64,000 bases of DNA. Origin: Macrostomum hystrix. Taxonomy: Eukaryota; Animalia; Platyhelminthes. This document shows positions 18,249 to 31,547 of the stretch, in pieces. Below the pieces are notes generated by a model. It was given only the letters and a program-made list of their open reading frames with translations, did not search any database and had not been told where the DNA came from. Within the stretch, counting starts at the first letter, position 1. Each line of letters opens with the position of its first letter. The stretch spans positions 8,680,001 through 8,744,000 of the forward strand of contig CATNEN010000039.1 of the NCBI GenBank assembly GCA_950097015.1, read 5' to 3'. The position numbers and the translations under genes were made by a program.

Positions 18249-21200
18249 CTACAAAGTCTTTTTCGACACGCGATGCTGCTTTTGCTTAGCATCCGAGTGC
18301 CTGTGCCAGCGCAGACCGCGGTGGTGGTGCTGCTGCTGCTGCTGCTGATGGTGGTGGTTACTGCTATCAGCGGAGCTGGCAAGGCTGTCAAGAATGCTGC
18401 CACCGAGATTGCCAGCGTGAAGTGGCGGCGGGAGCGGTGGCAGTTGCTGCTGCTGCTGCTGACCAGATGTTGACGTATAGTTTGAGTTGCCCCATTTCGA
18501 TTTTGCCAGCAGTACAGCAGCGGCTGCTATAGTAGCAGCTGGCGAAGACTATGAAAGAGGAGCGTCAGTGTACTTTTAAAATAAATATTATATTTTTATC
18601 CCTTCGTAAGCCTGAAAATAGTGTATTTTTTAAGCTAAAATACTTTTGATTATGTATACTCAAAAGCATACGCAGCAATTATTGTTATAAAGTTGTAAAT
18701 CAATCCTTGCTGGGAAAACATTTGGCACAATGATAGATAATATGTAGTTACGAGTTATGTGTAGCAAGCATAAGCGTATTCTGTTATGAAAGTTAATGAT
18801 CATTTTAATGGAAAAAACTCGCAAATCAAATACTATAATTTAACCTAGGGAGAGTTGCTATTGGCTCCAAGCTATCACGTGATATCAGTTTCTTCCAATG
18901 ACTGCTTAAGCTGTGCTTTGCATTAGTTTAACCTAGGGAGAGTTGCTATTGGCTCCAAGCTATCACGTGATATCAGTTTCGTCCAATGACTGCTTAAGCT
19001 GTGCTTTGCATTAGGTTAACCTAGGGAGAGTTTCTATTGGCTCCGAGCTATCACATGATATCAGTTTCGTCCAATGATTGCTTAAGCTGTGCTTTGCATT
19101 AGGTTAACCTAGGGAGAGTTGCTATTGGCTCCGAGCTATCACATGATATCAGTTTCGTCCAATGATTGCTTAAGCTGTGCTTTGCATTAGGTTAACCTAG
19201 GGAGAGTTGCTATTGGCTCCAAGCTATCACGTGATATCAGTTTCTTCCAATGACTGCTTAAGCTGTGCTTTGCATTAGTTTAACCTAGGGAGAGTTGCTA
19301 TTGGCTCCAAGCTATCACGTGATATCAGTTTCGTCCAATGACTGCTTAAGCTGTGCTTTGCATTAGGTTAACCTAGGGAGAGTTTCTATTGGCTCCGAGC
19401 TATCACATGATATCAGTTTCGTCCAATGATTGCTTAAGCTGTGCTTTGCATTAGGTTAACCTAGGGAGAGTTGCTATTGGCTCCGAGCTATCACATGATA
19501 TCAGTTTCGTCCAATGACTGCTTAAGCTGTGCTTTGCATTAGGTTAACCTAGGGAGAGTTGCTATTGGCTCCAAGCTATCACGTGATATCAGTTTCGTCC
19601 AATGACTGCTTAAGCTGTGCTTTGCATTAGTTTAACCTAGGGAGAGTTTCTATTGGCTCCGAGCTATCACATGATATCAGTTTCGTCCAATGACTGCCTA
19701 GCTGTGCTGCAACCACGAATCAGCAAAAACAAAAAACACAATTATAACAATTTTATTTATTCGAATTTCTGGTTTGACTTCGACAATCGATAGTTAAATT
19801 AAAAAATTAGACTTGTTAGATTGAATGTTAGATAAATTCGCAGTGGTGGCCAAAGGATATTTAAAAAGCTTATTTCATTACTTCATTGTATTTTGCTAAC
19901 GTTGTGAGGCTAATGGCGAAATCAAAGGTTGTTACCTTTAAAAATGTAAATGTAAAATATTTTAATGCTTGAAAATAATTTTTTTGATTACCAATTAAAT
20001 TTTCTAGTCTTATCGTGAAAAATTAGGGGTATTGTGTAACATTTCCATTAGGAAATCGTTACTGACCACATGGATATTTCAAATACGCACTGCCTACATC
20101 ACGATAGCTCTAAAAGCAAATGACAGATTTTCATAAAAATCCACTATATGTTTTAAAATTTTCCGCCATTTACAATGAACTGACTGACTTTCAAAGCCGT
20201 CCGAAGTCAGCATCGTCGAGATATTCAGCGATTCTTGTCGAAGACGCTGGTGACAAGGGACAACTATCGTTGCTCAGTATAAACCTCTATGGCGAATCCC
20301 TATTGGATTCCATATTGGCAAAAATTAACAATTAAATCAATACAATTACGAGGTGCATTCAAAAAGTTCTTTTCGGTGCTCAGCAAAAAATTAACAAAAA
20401 ACGTATGGAACAATGAAAACATGGTTAGGTCATTCAATGTCATCCGGTCACTCAACATATTCACCGCCAATGTCTGCCAGCGATGCACCAGACCTCTGAT
20501 TCCAGTACCCACGCCTATCGCGTCCGTTTCACGCACCGCACCTTGGCAAGCAGCTTTGATGTGCTCGACGCTGTCGAATTGAATGCCCCGAAGGTGCTTC
20601 TTCACAGATGGGAATAGGAAGAAGTCACAGGGTGACAAATCGGGCGAGTAGGGCGGACGAAAGAAAATTCTCTCATTCTGGCTGGAAACGGCGCAGGTGG
20701 TTGGTGGCGGCCAGAGCACGTTGCATCTTCTGCTCACCTGGCAGCAGGTGTGGCACCCACTTGCTGAATTTCTTCTGCAGGTTGAAACGCTCTGTCAGAA
20801 TGGTGTGCACACTGCCAACTGACACTCCGACATCTTCTGACAGCTCTTCGCAAGTCAGTCGCCAATCATCATCCAGGAGCTCCTGATCTTTCTTCACCAC
20901 GGTCTCGATGGTGGCAGTCATCGGTCTTCCAGAGCGGTCGTTGTCCTCGACGCTCTCTCTGCCTTCAGCGAACAACCGGAACTACATTCGAACAGTCTGT
21001 TCAGTTGGTGCACTGTCACCAAACACTTGCTGAATCTCTCTAAACATCTCCGGAGGTTTCTTTCCTTGCAGGAATTGGAACTTCATCAAGCTCCGAACGT
21101 CTTGCTTTGAAAAAGATTCTGCCGTGGCAGATATGATATGTATCCCCCGTTCGGTGTGTGTAGCTTTTGTGTGCTACACTTTTTTGCTAGTTTTTGTTAG

Positions 21201-24200
21201 TCTATGGTTGTTGTCTGGAATTTATCAGCCCGCGGGGCAGCGGGAAATAAATGATTTATTCACCTAGGGAAATAAATGAAAACATGCGTCACATAGACAC
21301 TCGCCCGGGGCGAAGGGGGGATACATTTTTGAATGCACCTCGTACAAATGCATTCAATTATAGCAGACTATTATAGCCGATCTATTAATAGCCGACATAA
21401 TTTCGTCACACAGAAATTTTGTTGCTTTTTGCTACCAGACACCCCGACGAGAATCTTTGAATCTTCGACGAGAACTATGGGGACGATGCCGATGTTTCGT
21501 GGTTCCGGATTTTCATAGCGATTGGTTAATTAAATATCTATGAACCTAAATTAGAGAAAATCGATACTTTTTAAAGAACTGCTCTCGTTAGAGTAACGAA
21601 ATAAACTTTTCTTAAACTTCACCCACCATTGGTTAGGCTAAATAGATTACATATGATCATAGTAGATGCGTTAGGCAATTTGTCATGAAAAAAAAAACAT
21701 TTTTTATTCAGCGTTAACTGTCGGAATCATCGCTCGAATGAGCAACCCTTAGTCGTTGTTTTCCTCGATACGTCTGCAACAGGTGGTAAAAAATGATTGC
21801 ACACTTTAGAGTGTTCTATAGTGCATTGAGCTATCACATGCACCAGCTGTACTGCTTCGTGAGTCGGCATGCAGATACTGATCTATTGGCATTGATTGGA
21901 GAGTGAAAGGACAGAAGAACAGCACAAAGCATTGTTGTTATTCTCATTGCATAGTCTCATTGAGCCTCATTAAAAACTCGAGTCGCCAGGTCTTTGGCGG
22001 ACAAAAGGACCTAGAGAAATCGAAGCGGGTGTCACATTGCAGAGCAAACTAAGCTCGTACTGACAAGCACAATCTAAAACTGAATTCTTTTAAATCATTC
22101 CGAACGGTGTCGAAATTGAAGTATCATTGTTCTTGTCTGGTAAAGGAAGCTTTTGTGTAAAAAAATAGGATGCGCTATTCTTAAGTCAAATTTAAATAAC
22201 GATTTATTTGTTGCGTAAAAGTTAGTGTCACATGTTGCATTGTCAGAAATTAAGTTTTCTCATGATAAGGGTGAGATATTAAGCTGTTTGTTAGATTTGG
22301 TGCCAAAATTGACAGGTAATTTTGCTGAAATGATTGCCAGTATTTTTATCGCACAAGTCGAAATCAAAGATTCGATTCGAGTACGAAATACAGTTTCGGT
22401 GTCAGTACGAGTTGTTAGCAAATTATTTGCTCAATGATTGACTCAGACACAATTGACACGCCAATTTTAGCGGCTGGAGGCACTCACCGACACTCGGCCA
22501 TTCTGCTGACCCGAACTGGACAGTCCGCCAACTATTGAAGGCTTCAGAGTGAGCTTCGTCTGGCTGCCGGATTTACTGCGAAACGAAGCACGGACGCCGG
22601 ATAGCCAGGACGAAGACGCGGCCACAACTCCACCGCCTCCGCCGCCACCCCCGCCGCCGCTAGCGCCGCCTCCCAGACTGCTAGTGTCGTCATTTTTTAG
22701 TAAACTCCGACTGGGAAGATCACCTGGGTAGGGGCCAGAGTTTGTTTTCAGTTTAGGTGTGAGTGGCAGAGTGGTCTAAAACGTCCGCCTCTCGCAACAA
22801 TGTCCCTGAGCTCGATTCCGCGGCGAGGGCACATTTAATTGAGGCACAGCCGCGTAGAGAAGGCTTGGAGGGCTAGTCGTACAATCTACGCCCTTGAGGG
22901 CCAACCTCCAAGCCACTGTGAAAGTGTACACTGCCTGATGATGAGAAAGTCAGGGCAGATTTACACACCTGTGTGAGCACATGACTGCGTACAGTATCTG
23001 TGTGCGTGGGTGCTCAGTGGGTCTAGTGTCATCAAACGATGGCCATTGCCCGCAGCCCTCCTGCAACGATTATTATTTTTTTTGTTTTCGATTTTGCGTC
23101 CTTTGATAATACGAACTGCACCAAGGTACCTGAGCTCGAATCCCAAGTTAGACCAAACATTTATTCATTTGGGGCGCAGCCGTGGAGAGAAGGCCTTGGG
23201 GACTTTTTGTTAAATTTCTAGAATGTTGCAGCTAAAACGAACTTGCCTACAATACTACTAATTGTAAGCACGGTGCTAGTAGTAAGTAGTGGTGAAGAAA
23301 TGTAAAATAATCTGTTTTGCTTACCCAAAAATGATCCACGCTTTCCAATATTTAATGGACTCGATTGATCTGCCAGATAGGGAAAAAATATATAGATAAT
23401 TAGAAAAATGCAAACAACAAGAGTTAGATTAAAAATAAATACCAACGAAAGAATGGTTAGTAGCAAAATTCCCAAAAATTCACAAAAATACCGACAACAA
23501 TAAATAAAGCAACACTAAAAGTAGAAGCTTTGTAATAATTGAATGGCGCACAAATTATTTTAATCATTACTAAAGTACTTTTAACTGGCGTGTAGGGCGC
23601 TAAACTAGCAAAAATAAAAGTACACTATTAAGACAGAAATAATCCAAGCTAAGGTATAAATAAATTTAGATTCCGCTAGCTAATTTATGCAGGGGCAAAA
23701 AGTATGCAAGCAGAGAGGATGCGAAAGAACGCAAAGTATGTTATTCTACAACCCTGGAAATCTAATTATGATTCTAGGGAAAATGTATGGAAAGAATATA
23801 TACCTTAATTATTTGTTCAGAAAATCATCCCGTAATTTTATAAATCCCACCTTAAATCCTAAAATTTGATTCCTCTTTATTATGAAAATTCTTTCCAATA
23901 GGGACATCTACCTCCATAATAGAAATATGCGATTGAATTCTAAGAAAGGTACAATGATACTAAGAAACATACATGCGTTCTAAGAATAATTACCCACTTT
24001 CTCAGACAATACACCTGTATTATCTGGCAACCTTGTAAAAAATTCGGCTGCTTCTTCGGCGGGTTTTTTGTGCAAAAGTGGAATCTACCGAAATCCCCCC
24101 TATCTCGCAAGAGTTAAAGAAACCACACAGGAAGCAGCCGATGTAACCGTAAATTGTGCGGAAACCGCCGAAGAATCACCCGAACCAGTGGCCCATGGGA

Positions 24201-27200
24201 CAACCAGAGAATTATTTACGGGCGATTCCTCGGCGGCTTCTGAGCATGGAATCTTCCGAACTGGAGGATTCTTTGGGTGATTCCATTTCGCCACCAAGAA
24301 GCTCCGAGAAAACGCCCAGTTGGGTAGATTCTAAGCATGGAATCATCCGATTGGTATGTTTCCAGCGGTCGGCTGTTTATTTTTCTTGAAACACCGCAGA
24401 TTCCAACTGGAATCACCCAAAGAAACATCCCTATTTTTTAGCGGGAATGTACTGTTTTTATAATAACAATTCCTGTTTCAAATCGAAATTGTTTCTAAGA
24501 AAATAAAGTTTGCAACTAATCGCTGTATTCGTTTAAAAATCTAAATTGTTTCTAAGAAAATAAAGTCTGCAACTAATCGCTGTAGTCGTTTTAAATGCTT
24601 TAGCCAAGTGCTTTTGATAGTCTGGATGCGCAGTATAGTAAGCATGCATTTTTAAGAATGGTTTAACTGCTCACAGAACAACAGGCAGAAATGACCGTGC
24701 AAAGAAAGGAAAGTTTGATAGAAAAAAAAGAATAACTATGGATAGTTTCAAAAATATGTAAATCCTTTTAGTTACCTGATTAATTTTCGTTTCATCAAAT
24801 CTCAATCCCAGGCATAATTGGGATCAAAGAGAGTGGGATATTTTTTAAACAAAAGGTGGGTGAAAAATGTTTTCAATGAAAATAGTTATCATTAAATAAA
24901 CTGACAGGTGAGTATAATTATTGACAGTAAAAACGTAGCGAAAAAAACACATGAAATTGACTAGTTGCATTATGAAGACAGACTACAAACAATATTCTAT
25001 ACCAGTTAAGGCGGCAAAATGATTCAGCAACTGGTTCCCAAAGCTACAGTGTTGCATGTCTTCACAGATTTAACATTTACTCATAAAGTGCTGTAAAATG
25101 ATTGAATAAAACTACAAGACAATTATCTATTTGTCTATGGTCTGTTCGCATAAATTGTGACTAAAAAAGGAGCCAATTGTATATGATAAATTGCAGGTTA
25201 AATTTATATTATACCCCCGAATTCCGGTTCTGTGGTCGACAGACCTCGACTAGTTGCATCGGCCAATTATACGGTGTCTATTGTCACTTGAAACTGTTGT
25301 CTATGGCCATAAACGTCTGAGGACTGCGTTCCTTAAAAAATTAAGAAACACTCTACAGTCTAAAGTCGCTCTAGGCCATAAACTACGAGTTCAAGTGGTG
25401 GTTTGAAAATTTGATTGCCGCTAGACTTTTCCACCCTAGACAATTCTTATCCAGTTGCTAAACAGCATCTAGTGAAACAGCCCATAAACTACTATTTAGC
25501 GGTCAAAGGGGTGGTACCGTTCTCAGCCGCATTGCGCATGATGCTTATGACCGGCATGATCTGAGCACAACTCTGAGCAGCTAAGGCAGCGTGAGAGCAG
25601 CCTAGCCGGCAGGTGGTCTTCAATACTGCCTGATAGATCAGAATCGATCAGGCCGTCCAATCGATTAGCGGCAATATCTGAATTGGCGCTGGCAGATTCA
25701 CTAATGCCAGTCAAATGGACAATACTCAGTGCGCTATTGTGATTCTGATTAGCGTGCCTAAGGCTAGCACTGCTTAATTTATGGCGTCTCATTGACTGAT
25801 AAATCAATTGATTGGCCTGGGACAGCCATTTCTGAGTCCTGCTGGCACCGCCGCCGCTGACGCTAAAACTGGACGTTATTAAACTGCCCCTGCGGTTAAA
25901 CGCCGCAGAGGCTGACAATTTGTTAGCCGAAGAGGCGGCGGCTGCTATGGAAGCAGCTAAGATGGGATCTAACAACAAACACTGGGATTGGGCACCGTCA
26001 GTGCCTGGCGCCGGTGGCAGCTTACTCAGTATGTCGTCGAATGCGTCCCGATTCCGGATGAGCTCTAGCGGCAGCTTGCCGGAGTAGTCCGGCGTGTGGG
26101 AGGCGTAACCTGGGCCCGGGTGATTGGGGAAAAATGCGACTTTTGTGCGACAGTAATTTGGTAAACGGCAACAATAACTATACACTTATTAGGATAGTCG
26201 AATTCCTCGTCATATTATAAGTAGCACAGAAATGCAACTTGTATTAAAAGTTATTATTCTTGCTGCGATTCTAGCCATAGTACCCTGGTGCGATTCCAAA
26301 CAGAATCTTTGTGCGTTTCTTACATTTATATACCCCTGGTGCGATTCTGGCTATTATCCAATTCTAGCCATATTATCCTGGTGCGATTTCAGCCACAGTA
26401 TCTTGGTGCTTTTCTAGTTTTCCCATAATATTTTCGGCCTTAGTTATATTACCCTCGTGCGATTCTAGCCACAGTGTCTTTGTACGGTTCTAGAGACAGT
26501 ATCTTTGTGCGATTCTAGCCACAGTGTCTTTGTACGGTTCTAGAGACAGTATCTTTGTGCGATTCTAGCCACAGTGTCTTTGTGCGACTCTAGCCACAGT
26601 GTCTTTGTGCGATTCTAGCCACAGTGTCTGTGTGCGATTCTAGCCAGTGTCTTTGTGCGATTCTAGCCACAGTGTCTTTGTACGATTCTAACCACAGTTT
26701 CTTTGTGTGATTCTAGCCACAGTGTCTTTGTGCGACTCTAGCCACAGTGTCTTTGTGCGATTCTAGCCACAGTGTCTTTGTGCGCTTCTAGCCAGTGTCT
26801 TTGTGCGATTCTAGCCACAGTGTCTTTGTGCGATTCTAGCCACAGGTCTTAGTGCGATTCTGATTCTAATGATTCATGTAGCTGCGATTATGATAATAGG
26901 TTTTGGTGCTAATCCAACCACAGATTTTATTCTACCAACTAGGGCGCCTAGTGTAAAAAGTCTTTCTTTTAATGGTACGAAATATTTTAATGAGCAAAAC
27001 AAAAATATGATTTAGTTTGAGAATACTCACACGGCAGTTTAACCAGATATTCGATAGCCTGACGGTTCTCCTGAAAGCAGGCCATGTGCAAGGGTGTTTG
27101 ACCAGCCTGTGGATAGCCGTTTAGGGAGAAATAGTTAGAAATAGAAATAGAAATAGAAACGAATAAGAATTATATTGAATTATGAAATACTTCTGACGTA

Positions 27201-30200
27201 ATTCTCACGTAGGTCTTGGCATCCGGATTGGCGCCATTCTCAAACAAGAATTTGCAACAGTCCGGCCTATTCAGCTTGGCTGCAAAGTGCAATGCTGTGA
27301 AGCCGTTGAAAGGAAAGCGATAATTGACCATCCGCTTGCAGCTGCCGCTGCCCAGACTGCCGCCGCTGGAGCCGCCCGCTGTGACTAAAATTCGCCGCAT
27401 CGCGCTGATGTCAGCCTTGCTGGCTGCCAGAATCCAATCTTTGTCGTCTTTGTCGAACTGAGTTGTTGTGTGAAGCAGTGGAGAGATGTGGCTACTATAG
27501 AATTGAGAATATTTAAGTCATACGAGTATAAGGAAAAGAGATTACACTAGCTAGGGACGAGGGAGTGACTGGCAGAGCGGTTAACGCGTGGGCATCTCGT
27601 GCCAAGGTCAATTGAGCTCGATTCCGCGGTGAGGCCACATTCATTTGGGGCGGAGACAAGGCTTGGGGGCTTGTAATGCAATTTTCGCCCTTGATGGCCA
27701 ACCTTTACAGCACAGTGAGAGTGTACACTGCCTGACGATGCCTCAGGTGTGAGCGTGTCTCTGAGTACGGTATCTGTGTGCTCGTGTGTGCTCAGGAGTC
27801 AGCGGAATGGGCAGCATTGCCTCTTCGCTAGCTGCGGGTCTAGTGTCACCAAATGATGTGCCATTGCCCGCAGCCCTCCTGCAATTATTATTATTATTAT
27901 TATAGCTCGGTATTAGATGGATGCGGACAATCATATTCTAGGATAATTTGTCCAAGGGTACAGTTGCAGCAATTGCATGTTCAGTCAGTGGACTGGTAAG
28001 GCTTGGCCGCCACACTCACGCAATAATTGACCCCAGCTGAAGCGGCCCCATTCATTTTACAAAAGGACTAGGGAATTAATTGCCTCGCTCAATAAGTACA
28101 CAAAATGTCTACCTCAGCTTCGAACTCAGAAACTTAGGGTTAAAATTACAATGGCCTAACCAGAGAGCCACATTAGAAAAGAAAAGAAAAAAATACTTTT
28201 GATAAGAGGCAATATATATATATATATATAAATATACAATATGTGAGCTAAATAATGTTATTATTATTGCTTACACCAACCCCAATAAAAAATTTTGCAG
28301 CCGCCTGCAAAGCAGCATCTATTGCGTGGCGCATCTGAAGGCTGCTTACGGCTGTTCAGTCCATGGACTGGGGGGCGCCACACCCACTATAAATCACCCC
28401 AGCTCATTCTATACCCATTTAACAGCTAGGTGAACTGAAGCAACCCAGAGTTAAATGTTAAGTGTCTTGCTGAAGAACATAATTGTTTGAGTAGAGCCGG
28501 GAATCGAACCCCCGACCTTTAAGTCGTGAGTCCGACGCTCTAACCACTAGGCTACAACGCTTGGTAGGGGGGAGGATCATGCTCAAGGATAGCACAATCG
28601 AGACGACTGTGCTCAGAAATGAGTTTAGAGTTCTCAGAAATAGAGAGAGGGTCGAGGGAACAGGTTTAAAAAATCGCAGTAACATTTCAATGAATGAAAT
28701 CGCAGTAAGCGGTTCAAAAATCATGAGTCAATTGAAACAATCATTCTTCTAGAATGCTTGTTCTAGAATATTAGAACTGCGCATTTTCAAGACGGTCAAA
28801 ATATTGCTAGTCGATGTAAACAAACTACGAGCCATTTGGTAGTTTCAAATTATTAAATTTCTTTAAAAAAAAAACAAAAAAACGAATGCGCAAATCGAAA
28901 GCGAAATTGTTAACGGATGATTAGCATCTGTTACAGCAAACTCATTAGAGAACTTACAACCAGCTTGGACTTATCAACGGCGACGTCGGTAGGAAATATT
29001 CGCTAATTGAATAATAAAATCATATATTAAGAAACCTGTTTGTTTAAGCTGTCGCGCACTTTTTTTACTGCACATTTTCTTCCTCTGTTAATAGTAGAAA
29101 AAGATCCAGGATTATTTCAAATACCCAACCAAAATATTCAAACAATCACCATGAAATTCTGGAACATGGCCTAAAATTTTCCACTCTATCCGATAAAACA
29201 AATGATGGACTTTAACGAAAATCGATCATTCGGTTTCGGAGCTATCGTGAATTGGGCAGCGGGTATTTGAAATACACCGTGGTCATTCTACTCTCTTCTC
29301 TATCTCGCCTCTGATTGGCTCACTGTTCGTCTTTCTTTCCTCATCACCTCAATTTTATCTATTACCCTCAACCCCATTTTTCGTGTTTCTAATATATTAT
29401 ATACTCGACCTTAAGAGCCCAGACATCAGCCACAAGAGCATCAAACAGCCATCAAAACTTACAGCGGCCTGCAAACTGCTGCGACTGCTAGACAAACTCT
29501 GGCCATCAACCGTCTCGACTGTTCCTGTTTTGTTCGTGTACTCGCGCACTCGGTCTCGCACCGTCGGAGTCGGAGTCGACGTATCAGCGGTAACCACGCA
29601 AGAGTCATTCGGCGTTGGAGCCGGTTTTCCTCCAGGCGACGGCGGCTCAATTGTTATGGTTGCCACCGACTGCAGGCCGTCAGACTGTGGCTCCGGCTGC
29701 TGCGGTTCGTCTGGCGACTGTTCAACCGGCGTCTCATTGCTTGGCTAATTAATGATCATTATGGAAAATCTGCTTAACGCATCGCCTTGCTGTCATTCTG
29801 ACACCCGCCTCTTATGTCATGCTGTCATTCTGACACCCGACTCTCTTATGTCATGCTGTCATTCTGACACCTGCCTCTCTTATGTCATGCTGTCATTTTG
29901 ACACCCGCCTCTTATGTCATGCAGTCAGTCTGACACCCACCTCTTATGTCATGCTGTCATTCTGACACCCGCCTCTTATGTCATGCTGTCATTCTGACAC
30001 CCGCCTCTTATGTCATGCTGTCAGTCTGACACCCACCTCTTATGTCATGCTGTCATTCTGACACCCGCCTCTTATGTCATGCTGTCATTTTGACACCCGC
30101 CTCTTATGTCATGCTGTCATTTTGACACCCGCCTCTTATGTCATGCTGTCATTTTGACACCCACCTCTCTTATGTCATGCTGGCATTTTGACACCCGCCT

Positions 30201-31547
30201 CTCTTATGTCATGCTGTCATTCTGACACATGCCTCTCTAATGTCATGCTGTCATTCTGACACCTGCCTCTCTTATGTCATGCTGTCATTCTGACACCCGC
30301 CTCTTATGTCATGCTGTCATTCTGACACCCGCCTCCCTTATATCTTGCTGCCATTCTGACACCCGCCTCCCTTATATCTTGCTGCCATTGTGACACCTGC
30401 CTCTGTTATATAATGTTGTCATAGTGAGACCCAATTCTCTTGTTTCCTGCTATTTCTCTGACACCAGCTTGTCACTCTGACATTGTCAATTTCCTTAAAT
30501 AACTATGAAGATATATTTCTGATAAAATCACTAACAATGGTGCAAGTGCCATGAAAATAACAAAGATCTTTAGTACCCCATGTAAATATATGAGCAGGTT
30601 ATTACACAAAAATCCAAACTCACAATGTTTTCCTTATCAGCTAGAAATTCTTCATTAAAACTTTGATTGCCTGTCAGAGCTTCTTCAGCAGCCATCTGAT
30701 CACTTATTACTTAAGATAAATAACTGGAAAATTGAGCATTGTCATTTAGAATTATATTCTAGAATTGATTATTTTAATGGGCCCAAGCACTAGAGAATAG
30801 ACAATAAATGGATTTACAGCATTACATTATGCCAATAAAACAAATTTTATTAACTACAAAACTTGTTAACAGTCACTTGTTGACTGATAATTTGAATTTT
30901 CTGAATTGATGCTGCAATAAGTAGCATTTTTTGCATTGAAACCTTTCTTGTTACAAAAACACATGTTTGTGGCATACTACATAGCCATAGGAATTAATTC
31001 TAATTCAAAAAATCTAATAATAATAGAAAATTCACTAGAGTGTAGACTAATAACTGTATTATACTTTATGGGTTTCACTATAGTCAGTGCTCCCTCCATA
31101 CATGCACATGCAAGCAATGAAAATATTGCATTGAGGTTGAGATGATTGTAAAATATATATAACCAATCCAAGATCAGAAAATCGATCTGCCAGATATGCT
31201 AGTATTAGCCAGACTGTGCACATTAACAAGCATTTAATAATTATTAATTAACATTTCCAACAATGTCTGCCCTGCCCTATACCATATGTATATCATATGG
31301 TAGGCCCCTAACTTTGTCAATGGCAGCAAACTTGAGTGAAAGTTCTTCAACATATTTGAGGAAAAATGAAAATAATTTTATAATTCATATAAAATGGACC
31401 TTACAAATAAAAATATCAGAGCAAAAATGTTTTTTATTGTTCCTAAATTGATAATCACTAAAATTAACAAGAACAGTTTCTAGAATGATTTACCTTGGAT
31501 CCTAATGCATACTTTTGCTTGCATTACTTTAGATGCAAAGGATACAA
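18249..31547 (-). CDS. Ankyrin-repeat protein, SOWAH/sosondowah-like. Exons [31494-31547 and ~31313-31344 tentative], 30624-30695, 29463-29744, 28958-29002, 27209-27457, 27031-27106, then 26109 to either a stop at 25523 or splicing to 22488-22723 and 18249-18548
   Basis: FDKDDKDWILAASK..FNGFTALHFAAK..GANPDAKTYAGQTPLHMAC..PDYSGKLP matches the SOWAH-type ankyrin arrangement. Exon phases are compatible. Confidence 0.75.
18839..19708. repeat. 88-bp tandem satellite (~10 copies)
   Basis: Unit TAACCTAGGGAGAGTTGCTATTGG...CACGTG...CCAAT...GCATTAG, period 88. Confidence 0.97.
20349..21342 (-). mobile_element. Mariner (Tc1/mariner) transposon, internally deleted and non-autonomous
   Basis: 17-bp terminal inverted repeats CGAGGTGCATTCAAAAA flanked by TA. 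Transposase remnants RSGRP, WVPHLL, PPYSPDLSPCDFFLF; central catalytic segment missing; one in-frame stop. Confidence 0.95.
22755..23080 (+). mobile_element. tRNA-derived SINE, family 1
   Basis: A box TGGCAGAGTGG, B box GCTCGATTCC, shared body, 3' gcccgcagccctcctgca followed by (TTA)n. Confidence 0.88.
24031..24445. mobile_element. Possible MITE (CMC/EnSpm-like ends)
   Basis: Imperfect terminal inverted repeats CCTTGTAAAAAAT / ATTTTTTAGCGGG, both flanked by AA. Confidence 0.35.
26265..26862. repeat. 25-bp minisatellite
   Basis: Tandem TGCGATTCTAGCCACAGTGTCTTTG units, degenerate at the left end. Confidence 0.93.
27560..27903 (+). mobile_element. tRNA-derived SINE, family 1
   Basis: A/B boxes, shared body, (TTA)n tail. 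Confidence 0.88.
28318..28558 (-). mobile_element. tRNA-derived CORE-SINE, family 2 (3'-truncated)
   Basis: Near-identical to 10345-10580. Confidence 0.88.
29093..29292. mobile_element. Short MITE; related segments at ~20062-20160 (-) and ~13480-13522
   Basis: Inverted repeats AGTAGAA..TATTTCAAATACCC / GGGTATTTGAAATA..TTCTACT. The internal gaaaatcgrtcattcggtttsggagct recurs elsewhere in the window. Confidence 0.6.
29788..30430. repeat. 32-34-bp minisatellite
   Basis: Tandem TGCTGTCATTCTGACACCCGCCTCTTATGTCA units. Confidence 0.95.

Noticed and set aside
31345-31545. U12-like donor GTATCCTTT and a TTCCTCAA branch-like motif on the minus strand
   Set aside because: No plausible upstream exon; a conventional GT-AG exon reading fits the phases better
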